32,000 nucleotides of DNA from Candidatus Omnitrophota bacterium (GTDB lineage: Bacteria; Omnitrophota; Gorgyraeia; Zapsychrales; JANLHA01), in contig OY759724.1 in assembly GCA_963662715.1 (NCBI GenBank), positions 2,760,001 through 2,792,000 on the forward strand, read 5' to 3'. Each line of letters starts with the position of its first letter. The first letter of the stretch is position 1. Shown here in pieces: positions 17,759 through 28,500 of this stretch. Below the pieces are notes generated by a model, which saw only the letters and a list, made by a program, of their open reading frames with translations, had not been told where the DNA came from and made no database searches. The position numbers were made by a program, and so were the translations under genes.

Positions 17759-18898
17759 ATGTCTCGTTTTAGGTTGATTTTGAGCTTGCTGATTTTTTGC
17801 GCGTTTGTCCTTGTTTTCCCTAACTCAGCGCAGAGTTTTTATCCAGGGAGAATAGTTTTCATACATGAGGCGGATTATCATAATTCAGAAAACGAAACCG
17901 AAATCTATACTATGAATATTGACGGTTCAGATGTTCGGGTGCTGACAGATAATGATTTTGCCGATATGGACCCTCTCTGGTCACCTGATGGTCAATATAT
18001 TTCTTTCTATTCTAACCGTACCGGAACAGGTGATGTGTTTGTTATGGATCAGAACGGCGATAATGTGATAAACGTCAGTAATAACCAGGATCATTCCAAC
18101 TACCGTCAAACCTGGTCCCCAGACAGCCAACAGCTTACTTACGTGGAAAACATAGACCCGACTAATATAAATATATGGACCAGCACTTTAGATGGCAGTC
18201 CGTCTCAAAAGATTAACCAGGAACAGGGAAGTTTTTCTTTCCCAAGATGGTCAGGTGCCGGAGACCGCATCGCTTACAGTAAGTATGACAGTGATACCAA
18301 AATTTATATCGCTGACAGTGATGGTTCAAATACTGTTATCTTGTCGGGCGTCAGCACGATGTTTAATTGGTCTCCTTCAGGAGACAGGCTTCTTTATGTG
18401 CAGGATGGCAATTTGTGGACCGTTGATCCTTATGGTTTAGATGCAGAAATGCTTTATGATCCTTCGAATGGGAACGTTTTCTTCTCAGCAAATCCTGTTT
18501 GGTCTTCCGACGGTGAATCCATCGCTTTTGTTGTATCGGAAAGCACGGAAGAGGGGTTCACGCGTGCCCTTTATACCATAGGGGCCGATGGGCAAGGGCT
18601 TAATATGCTTTTTGATATACCACAGTATTCTACCGTAGGCTATCTGAATTGGACGCCTGACGGCCGATATTTAGTTTTTTGTATGTTTAGTGATTCTTAT
18701 CAGATTTACAGCCTGGATTTGTTGACATCCGAATTAACCCAACTAACATTTGACGGAGACAACAGTAAACCTCATCTGCAGATGCTGCTCTCTCAGGATG
18801 ACCCGCCATCTTCGACTGTCCCGGAACCGGCAACTGTTTTGTTGTTTGGCTTTGGAATCTTGGGCGGTTTATGGCGAAAATTAAAGGGACCGAATTAA
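17759..18898 (+). CDS. PD40/TolB-like beta-propeller protein with C-terminal PEP-CTERM sorting signal
   Basis: The frame is that of ORF 17615-18898. GGAAAGGAG precedes ATG 17759, which gives MSRFRLILSLLIFCAFVLVFPNSAQS, a signal peptide. PD40-type repeats recur (WSPDGQYISFYSNRTG, WSPDSQQLTY, WSPSGDRLLY, WSSDGESIAF, WTPDGRYLVF). The C-terminus is VPEPATVLLFGFGILGGLWRKLK, i.e. PEP, a TM helix and a basic tail. Confidence 0.85.
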   Translation: MSRFRLILSLLIFCAFVLVFPNSAQSFYPGRIVFIHEADYHNSENETEIYTMNIDGSDVRVLTDNDFADMDPLWSPDGQYISFYSNRTGTGDVFVMDQNGDNVINVSNNQDHSNYRQTWSPDSQQLTYVENIDPTNINIWTSTLDGSPSQKINQEQGSFSFPRWSGAGDRIAYSKYDSDTKIYIADSDGSNTVILSGVSTMFNWSPSGDRLLYVQDGNLWTVDPYGLDAEMLYDPSNGNVFFSANPVWSSDGESIAFVVSESTEEGFTRALYTIGADGQGLNMLFDIPQYSTVGYLNWTPDGRYLVFCMFSDSYQIYSLDLLTSELTQLTFDGDNSKPHLQMLLSQDDPPSSTVPEPATVLLFGFGILGGLWRKLKGPN

Positions 18899-18899
18899 A

Positions 18900-18965
18900 G
18901 TTAAAGGGACCGGGTTCTCATTATTCCTGGAGCGACAGAGAGTTGTGAGAGAAGTGTCCCTTGAT
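18900..18965 (+). repeat. 66-nt conserved non-coding element, copy B
   Basis: It starts 2 nt after the PD40 gene stop and is 53/66 identical to 16546-16611 in the same orientation. Its first 12 nt (TTAAAGGGACCG, 18901-18912) also duplicate the last codons of the gene (18881-18892). Confidence 0.6.
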
Positions 18966-19126
18966 ATCCGTGTGAATTTGAGTATTGTTGTTTATTCGCA
19001 GCGCCGGAGGTTTAATGCTGTGAACTTTGTGCTTGTGCCCCTTTTTTTTTGAAAATTGACCTGTCTTTTTTTGTATTTTATAAAATTTTTTTTCTTGAAG
19101 TCAAATAAAGATAGTTCGAGGTTAAG

Positions 19127-19456
19127 TTAGCCGATTGTCAATGTTGAAAAATTGATTATACTGATAACGAAGATTGCAAAATGGCTAGAAATCAATTCAG
19201 TGGGATAAATGGGAAATGAAGAGGGCAGCTGAAGGTTTTTTTCTGTCAAGAAGTTGAGTGTCCTTTTAAAAAAATTCAATGGCTTGACAAATTCGCGTTT
19301 AAGAGTTAAATTGAAAATACCCCAATCTCTTTTTCCCACCAAATAATTGGCTGGATTATAGCCATTAACAGTTAATTCCCAAGATAGTATTCTATCGACG
19401 AGGTTACCCCTTGGTGAAAAGGATTTTTTGCCGAAGTCCTTTTTTGTGTATGGCAT
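19127..19456 (-). CDS. doubtful hypothetical ORF in the AT-rich spacer
   Basis: 109-aa ORF with no recognisable motif and no Shine-Dalgarno sequence. It overlaps a good plus-strand promoter candidate. I list it only because a 330-nt open frame is somewhat unexpected in AT-rich DNA. Confidence 0.2.
   Translation of the reverse strand: MPYTKKDFGKKSFSPRGNLVDRILSWELTVNGYNPANYLVGKRDWGIFNLTLKREFVKPLNFFKRTLNFLTEKNLQLPSSFPIYPTELISSHFAIFVISIINFSTLTIG
19284..19312 (+). promoter_or_regulatory. sigma70-type promoter candidate for the giant gene
   Basis: TTGACA (19284-19289), a 17-nt spacer, then TAAATT (19307-19312). It implies a leader of about 270 nt before ATG 19589. Confidence 0.4.
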
Positions 19457-19588
19457 GCTTTGTCTTTGAACATAAACCGGCTGTGGTCAATAAATTTTAT
19501 AAATAGGAAAATTTTTAAATGCCGGGGCATTATTATTTTTTTTCAAAACATTCATTTGATAACCTGCTGATAACTTAAGGGAAAAGCC

Positions 19589-22500
19589 ATGAAACAAATA
19601 TTCCAATCCGTTAGACGAACAATTGAAAAGCATGCCGTCTTTAGTCCTGGATTCTTAACTTTGCGAAAACCGCTTTTTGCCATAATGCTCATCCTGTTAA
19701 GCAGCGTGGCTTGTGTCGGAAATGTATATGGCCAAACTCCCACGGTCAGCACCGATAAGGCAACGTATACTCCGGGTGAATCGATAGTGGTGAGTTTCAC
19801 CAACGCGGCCGGGGACGCGTCCGACTGGATCTCCCTGGCCAATGCCGGGTCGGCGAACAATCAGTATGTTGATCTACTATATACGGACGGCACTTTGAAC
19901 GGGACCGCAGGTATCGTTAACGGCAGCGTCACGTTCCCCAATGGCCTGCCGTCCGGGAATTACGAAGCCCGGCTGTTTTTCTATGATTCCTTCAACCTGG
20001 AGGCGAGCGTGTCGTTCACGGTCGAGCCCGCGGGTGCGATCACGGTCAGCACCGATAAGGCAACGTATACTCCGGGTGAATCGATAGTGGTGAGTTTCAC
20101 CAACGCGGCCGGGGACGCGTCCGACTGGATTTCCCTAGCCAATGCCGGGTCGGCGAACAATCAGTATGTTGATCTACTATATACGGACGGCACTTTGAAC
20201 GGGACCGCAGGTATCGTTAACGGTAGCGTTACGTTCCCCAATGGCCTGCCGTCCGGGAATTACGAAGCCCGACTGTTTTTCTATGATTCCTTCAACCTGG
20301 AGGCGAGCGTGTCGTTCACGGTCGAGCCCGCGGGTGCGATCACGGTCAGCACCGATAAGGCAACGTATACTCCGGGTGAATCGATAGTGGTGAGTTTCAC
20401 CAACGCGGCCGGGGACGCGTCCGACTGGATTTCCCTAGCCAATGCCGGGTCGGCGAACAATCAGTATGTTGATCTACTATATACGGACGGCACTTTGAAC
20501 GGGACCGCAGGTATCGTTAACGGCAGCGTCACGTTCCCCAACGGCCTGCCGTCCGGGAGTTACGAAGCCCGGCTGTTTTTCTATGATTCCTTCAACCTGG
20601 AGGCGAGCGTGTCGTTCACGGTCGAGCCTGCGGGTGCGATCACGGTCAGCACCGATAAGGCAACGTATACTCCGGGTGAATCGATAGTGGTGAGTTTCAC
20701 CAACGCGGCCGGGGACGCGTCCGACTGGATTTCCCTAGCCAATGCCGGGTCGGCGAACAATCAGTATGTTGATCTACTATATACGGACGGCACTTTGAAC
20801 GGGACCGCAGGTATCGTTAACGGCAGCGTCACGTTCCCCAATGGCCTGCCGTCCGGAGATTACGAAGCCCGACTGTTTTTCTATGACTCTTATAATCTGG
20901 AAGCCAGTGCTTCTTTTGATGTGGCAACAGCCCCGGATGCTATAACTGATTTAAGCGCAGTATCAGGAGAAGGAGAGGTAACGCTTAGTTGGACAGAGCC
21001 GCCAGATAACAATTCTGCGATTACGAGTTATGAGGTTGAGTATGGGACGGTGGCGAGTGGATTATTTGATAATACATATACGGATGACGCAACGCCTGGC
21101 GCGACAATTAGTGGTCTTACGAATGGAGTTGCCTATCAGTTCAGGGTATTGGCTATTAATGGAGAGGGGACGAGTCCCGAGTCCAACGTAGTGACAGCAA
21201 CACCAGCAGCTATGACAGGTGTCACCTGGACGGATTTAGTGGGGGTGAGTGCGAACGGGAATACCATCACAAAGACAGCCGGGGGGACGGGATGGAATGC
21301 CGGGGCGGCCTCGGCAGAGACGTTTAACGGCGACGGCGGAGTGGATTTCAGTGTATCGCAGGCTAACGGAGCTGTGATGTGCGGGTTATCAGAGGAGAAT
21401 ACGGATGAAAACTATACAACGATTGATTATGCTTTGTATGCGGATCTGTCGGGGAATGTTCGGGTGTATGAGAACGGAGTGTCCCGCGGGACGTTTGGGG
21501 CTTATGAAATCGGGGACCGGTTACGAGTGGCAAGGACCGGGAGCACGGTGACATATGAGCATAACGGGACAGTGATCTATACGAGCACGGTGTCAAGCAG
21601 CGGACCGCTTGTGGCGGATGCCTCGATCTACACGGCAGATGCTGAAATAGTCGATGCCCAGCTTTTTGGGGTCACAGTGGGTGTGCCCGATACGATAACG
21701 GATCTGGAAGTGAGGAATAACATTGTTGATGTTGAATTGGCGTGGACAGCACCGGGGAATAACGGAGCGGCGATAACAGAATATGAGATCCAGTATGGTA
21801 CGGTGGCAAGCGGATTATTTGAGAATACGTATGTTGATGATGCCAGTGCCGGGGCAACGCTGAGCGGATTAACGCTAGGAGTGGGATATCAGTTCAGGGT
21901 GATAGCGAAGAACAGTTATGGGTCATCAGGGACGTCGAATGTTGCAACCGGGACACCGGTAACGGGGATAGATGTAAGCTGGACGGATTTGGTGGGGGTG
22001 AGTGCGAACGGGAATACCATCACAAAGACGGCCGGGGGTACGGGATGGAATGCCGGAGCGGCCTCGGCAGAGACGTTTAACGGCGACGGCGGGGTGGATT
22101 TCAGTGTATCGCAGGCTAACGGAGCTGTGATGTGCGGGTTATCAGAGGAGAATACGGATGAAAACTATACAACGATTGATTATGCTTTGTATGCGGATCT
22201 GTCGGGGAATGTTCGGGTGTATGAGAACGGAGTGTCCCGCGGGACGTTTGGGACGTATGAAATCGGGGACCGGTTACGAGTGGCAAGGACCGGGAGCACG
22301 GTGACATATGAGCATAACGGGACAGTGATCTATACGAGCACGGTGTCAAGCAGCGGACCGCTTGTGGCGGATGCCTCGATCTACACGGCAGATGCTGAAA
22401 TAGTCGATGCCCAGCTTTTTGGGGTCACAGTGGGTGTGCCCGATACGATAACGGATCTGGAAGTGAGGAATAACATTGTTGATGTTGAATTGGCGTGGAC

Positions 22501-25500
22501 AGCACCGGGGAATAACGGAGCGGCGATAACAGAATATGAGATCCAGTATGGTACGGTGGCAAGCGGATTATTTGAGAATACGTATGTTGATGATGCCAGT
22601 GCCGGGGCAACGCTGAGCGGATTAACGCTAGGAGTGGGATATCAGTTCAGGGTGATAGCGAAGAACAGTTATGGGTCATCAGGGACGTCGAATGTTGCAA
22701 CCGGGACACCGGTAACGGGGATAGATGTAAGCTGGACGGATTTGGTGGGGGTGAGTGCGAACGGGAATACCATCACAAAGACGGCCGGGGGTACGGGATG
22801 GAATGCCGGAGCGGCCTCGGCAGAGACGTTTAACGGCGACGGCGGGGTGGATTTCAGTGTATCGCAGGCTAACGGAGCTGTGATGTGCGGGTTATCAGAG
22901 GAGAATACGGATGAAAACTATACAACGATTGATTATGCTTTGTATGCGGATCTGTCGGGGAATGTTCGGGTGTATGAGAACGGAGTGTCCCTCGGGACGT
23001 TTGGGACGTATGAAATCGGGGACCGGTTACGAGTGGCAAGGACCGGGAGCACGGTGACATACGAGCATAACGGGACAGTGATCTATACGAGCACGGTGTC
23101 AAGCAGCGGACCGCTTGTGGCGGATGCCTCGATCTACACGGCAGATGCTGAAATAGTCGATGCCCAGCTTTTTGGGGTCACAGTGGGTGTGCCCGATACG
23201 ATAACGGATCTGGAAGTGAGGAATAACATTGTTGATGTTGAATTGGCGTGGACAGCACCGGGGAATAACGGAGCGGCGATAACAGAATATGAGATCCAGT
23301 ATGGTACGGTGGCAAGCGGATTATTTGACAATACGTATGTTGATGATGCCAGTGCCGGGGCAACGCTGAGCGGATTAACGGTAGGGGTGGAATATCAGTT
23401 CAGGGTGATAGCGAAGAACAGTTATGGCTCATCAGGGACGTCGAATGTTGCAACCGGGACACCGGTAACGGGGATAGATGTAATCTGGACGGATTTAGTG
23501 GGGGTGAGTGCGAACGGGAATACCATCACAAAGACAGCCGGGGGTACGGGATGGAATGCCGGGGCGGCCTCGGCAGAGACGTTTAACGGCGACGGCGGGG
23601 TGGATTTCAGTGTATCGCAGGCTAACGGAGCTGTGATGTGCGGGTTATCAGAGGAGAATACGGATGAAAACTATACAACGATTGATTATGCTTTGTATGC
23701 CGATCTGTCGGGGAATGTGCGGGTGTATGAGAACGGAGTGTCCCGAGGGACGTTTGGGACGTATGAAATCGGGGACCGGTTACGAGTGGCAAGGACCGGG
23801 AGCACGGTGACATACGAACATAACGGGACAGTGATCTATACGAGCACAGTGTCAAGCAGCGGACCGCTTGTGGCGGATGCTTCGATTTATACAGCAGATG
23901 CTGAAATAGTCGACGCTATGATTATGGGTGTTAGTCAGGCTCCCGAACCTATTACGGATTTAACGGCCATGGCTGAGAACGGGCAAATTTCCTTATTTTG
24001 GACAGCTCCGGAAGATAACGGGTCCCCAATAACAGAATACGAAGTCCGTTACGGGACCGTTAGCGGCGGTGTATTTGATCACACGTACACGGATGATGAT
24101 ACTCCGGGGACTGTAATCACGGGACTCACTAATGACGTAGAGTATATGTTTAGGGTCTTTGCCATAAACAGCGCTGGGTCTTCAGCTGATTCTAATTTCG
24201 TTACAATTTCGCCGATAATAACGTTTCCGGTCAATTGGACGGATTTGGTCGGAGTGAACGCTAACGGAAGCACGATCACAAAAACAGATACATCAGCCTG
24301 GGGAAATGGCGGAGCGGCCTCAACAACAACTTTTGAGGGAGATGGAGGTGTGGAATTCCGGATTTCCCAAACTCCTGTCAATCTTATATGCGGGTTGTCT
24401 GATGAAAATACGGATGCCGATTATACGAGTATTGACTATGCCATCCGTTTAAATGATACGGGAGCGATTGAAGTTTTTGAAAACGGGTTATATGTAGACT
24501 CGTTCGGGAGTTATGAGGCTGCGGATGTTTTTAGAGTCAGGAGAACAGGAAACACAATAACTTATCAAAAGAACGGGACGGTTTTTTACACAAGCACTGT
24601 TTCTAGCTTGGGGCTTTTACTGGCGGATGCCGCCATATATGCGTCTGGAGACGAAATAGCCGATGCCAATATGATAGGTGTAACCCCGGGAGTTCCCGGG
24701 TCGATATATGATCTGTCCGCTGTGGCCGGGGATGAAGAAGTTATGCTTTACTGGACAGCCCCGGTGAACAACGGAGCGGTTATCACGGAATATGAAATTC
24801 AGTACGGAACTGTAGCCAGCGGTCTATTTGACAATACTTATACGGACGACGCCGTTACCGGGGCTACGATAACCGGCCTGACAAATGACACCGAATATCA
24901 ATTTCGTGTTGTTGCTGTCAACAGTTACGGCACGGCCGATCCATGGGGTTTTGTAACATCCACTCCGTATGAGAGCAGTGTGGGCATCCCTGTCACCTGG
25001 CAGAATATGATCGGATGTGAAGCGACGGGTAATGATTTGGAAAAAGTGACTTGGGCAGGATTTGCCACAGCCTCTTCCGTAACGACCTTTTCCGGGGATG
25101 TGAAGGTGGCATTCACGGCTTCCAGTTTTCCCTACGGGATCCAGTTTGGTTTATCCAGTGATCCGGATACTTCTTATACGAACATACATCATAATATCCA
25201 TATCAATAATCCTTCCGGCGTAGATACAATTAACATCCGCGAAAACGGCGTAATTGTTTACTCCGAGACGACATCTGTATCTGCCGGCGATGTTTTTGCC
25301 ATAGAGAGAAGCGGTACGACTGTAACTTATCTCAGAAATGAAACCGTTTTTTATACGAGTACGAGCCCGTCTGCCGGGACTCAATTTATTGACGTTTTTA
25401 TGGATACTTTTGGCGGCCGCCTTGAAGATGCCATGATTTACGGCGTCACGCCTGGCGTGCCTGATCCTGTTACGGATTTAACGGCTGATGCCGATCCGGG

Positions 25501-28500
25501 CGAAGTCGTGCTCGACTGGACAGCCCCGGCGAATAACGGCACAGCGATCATCCAGTACGAAGTGCAGTACGGCACAGTGGCCAGCGGGTTGTTTGATCAT
25601 ACTTATATTGATGATGACAGCCCCGGAACGACGATCAGTGCCCTGACGAACGGCACAGCCTATCAATTCAGGGTCGTGGCCACCAATAGTTCCGGTTCTT
25701 CGGAGGTCTCAAATGCCGTTGTTTCCACTCCTTATGACGGTATGCCTGTCACCTGGCAGAATCTGGTCAACTGCACGGCCACGGGCAGCGATTTGGAGAA
25801 TACCTCGTCTGAGCAAGGCGGCGCTTCATCCGTGACAACTTTTTCCGGGGATGCGAAAGCGGAATATACCGTCTCTGCCAGCCCGGTGGGGATTCACTTC
25901 GGTCTGTCTGACAGTGATCCTGATGTGGATTGGACGAATATTGATTATGATATTTATGTCGGTACGGGACTTACGGTGACTGTTTATGAAAACGGCACGT
26001 CCGTACATGCGGGCCCTGTTGTGAACACCGGCGACGTTCTATCCATTGACAAGACAGGCTCAACCATAACCTATCTGTTGAACGGGACGGTCTTTTATAC
26101 AAGCGCAGAAACGGCAAACGGGACTTTATTAATAGACACTTTCTTGGAGAATAACGGGAATTTGATCGAAGATGCCCGCATGATCGGGCTTGTCACCGGA
26201 GTTCCCGGCACAATAACAGACCTTACCGCTTACAGCGGCCTTGGGGAAGTCACGCTTTACTGGACAGCCCCGGCGAACAACGGTTCTGCGATTTTTGAAT
26301 ATGAAATCCAGTACGGCACGGTCGCCGGCGGATTATTTGATAACACCTATACGGACGACGCAGAAACAGGAGCCATTGTTTCCGGCCTGACAGACGCAAC
26401 GGATTATCAATTCAGAGTGATCGCCAAAAACGGCTATGGAAGTTCGGATGTGTCCAACACGGCCGCAGCCATGCCGAATACAAGTGTAGACATCACCTGG
26501 ACAGATATTGTCGGCGTTACGGTTAACGGTAATACCATTATAAAAAATGCTGCGACTATGGCCTGGGACAGCGGTGCCGCCTCTTTTGAGAAGATCAGCG
26601 CCGATGGGGCCCTTGAGTTTACCGCAACCCAGACAAATACACGGCGTTTATGCGGCTTTTCCAAGGCGAACACCGATGCCGGCGGCAGCAGTATTGATTA
26701 CGGGATTTATCTTTACGATAACGGCTACGCTTATGTCTTTGAGAACGGCGCCAATAAAGCGTCTCTTGGACCGTACGAAAGTGGCGACCGATTTGCCGTG
26801 CGGCGCACCGGCTATCAGATGATTTATAAGAAAAACGGAAACGTTTATTATGCAAACAGCAACACAGCTAACAGCGGAGAACTGCTGGCCGATGCGTCTA
26901 TTTATACCCCTGAAGGGGAGATTACTGAGGCAAAGTTGCTGATCCTCAGCCCCGGTGTCCCTGATGCGGTCGAAGATCTCGTTGCTGTCGGGGAAGACGG
27001 TCAGGTCGCTTTAAGCTGGAACGCTCCGGATGGAAACGGTTCGGCCATTACGGAATATGAAGTGCGGTACGGGACAGTGGCCAGCGGTTTGTTTGACAGT
27101 ACATATTTAGATGATGCCGATCCCGGTGCGGTCATATCAGGATTAACTAATGGTGTAGAATATCAGTTCCAGGTTGTCGCCACCAACGGTGTCGGTACGG
27201 GTGAAGTTTCCAATACCGCGACAGCTATCCCTGTGCAGACCCCGGAAATTGACGTGGTCTGGACAGATTTGGTCGGGGTGTCGGTTGACGGCAACAGCAT
27301 TACCAAGACGGCATCCACAGGCTGGGGGAACGGCGGGGCGGCATCCGAGCAGATCATAACAGGAGACGGCGGGGTGAAATTCACCGCGGCCCAGACAGAT
27401 AAAATCGTGCTCTGCGGCTTATCAGAGACCAATGCCGATGCCAGTATTTTTTCCATTGAATACGCTATGTATCTGCACAGCAGCGGCAATGTTTATGTTT
27501 ACGAGAGCGGTTCTTATATCGACGGCTACGGGTCTTACAGCGTCGGTGATACTTTCTCGGTGGAACGCAGCGGGACCACGGTCGTGTACAAACATAACGG
27601 TACGATTATTTACACCAGCACGGTCCCGGCCGCCGGGTCACTGCTGGTGGATTCGACGATATACACCCAGGGCGGCACGATCAGTGACGCGAAAATCACA
27701 GGGATCGCGGTCGGCCCGCCTGACGCCGTTGATGATTTAATAGCTTCGGCTAAGGATGCTGGAGTAATATTAGACTGGACAGCCCCTTCAGACAACGGTT
27801 ATCCGATCAGCGGATATGAAGTGCAGTACGGCACGGTGGCCGGCGGTTTGTTTGACAATACCTATGTCGATGACGACATCCCGGGCACGGCGATTTCCGG
27901 ATTGACCAACGGAGAGGAATATCAATTCCGGGTGGTGGCCGTGAATTCCCAGGGGACCAGTGATGTTTCAAATGTCGTAATGGCGACCCCTGAGCCCCTG
28001 GTTGTGGTTGACGTCGTCTGGACAGATGCCATTCACGTGGATGTCAACGGTAATACCATTACCAACACCTGGTGGCAGGATGGCTGGGAGAGCGGCGCCG
28101 CGTCCATGACAATATTTGACGGAGACGGGGCCGTTGATTTTACCGTTGCGCAGACCAATGCCCGTCTGGCCTGCGGCTTGTCTGATGCCAATACCGGCAC
28201 CGGGTATACTTCGATCGACTATGCCTTTTATCTTGAGACCAACGGTGACCTGTATATTTATGAAAATGGGGTGAGTCAGGGCGTCTTCGGTACTTATGAT
28301 GTCGGAGACCGGCTTGTCATAGACAGGACATTTTCCACGGTCACTTACTGGAATGACACGACGCTTCTTTACACCAGCACCACCCCCAGCACCGGGCCCC
28401 TTATGGCGGACAGTGCCATTTACACCTCCGGGGGCGTGATTGATGATGCCCGGTTAAGCGGGATATCCTGGAGTCTGCCGGAATCCGTAACAGACCTGGA

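Noticed and set aside
16546-18965. The 66-nt direct repeats considered as integron attC sites
   Set aside because: The ends do not fit the RYYYAAC ... GTTRRRY core sites. GTTAAAG in copy B fails the final pyrimidine and copy A has GTAAGAA. No integron integrase is present in the window.
21363-23855. Repeated antisense ORFs of 77 aa and 61 aa (21363-21596, 21672-21857, 22116-22349, 22425-22610, 22869-23102, 23178-23363, 23622-23855)
   Set aside because: They recur only because they lie antisense to the 753-bp coding repeats of the giant gene. Their products are Pro/Ser/His/Arg-rich junk, and they have no ribosome-binding sites.
19741-23915. Tandem repeats considered as a CRISPR array or as a DGR template/variable pair
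   Set aside because: The units are 300 and 753 bp, directly abutting with no spacers, and all in frame inside one CDS, so this is not CRISPR. There is no reverse transcriptase in the window. The few differences between copies (for example G-to-T, A-to-G, GCT-to-ACG) are not adenine-specific, so there is no DGR signature.
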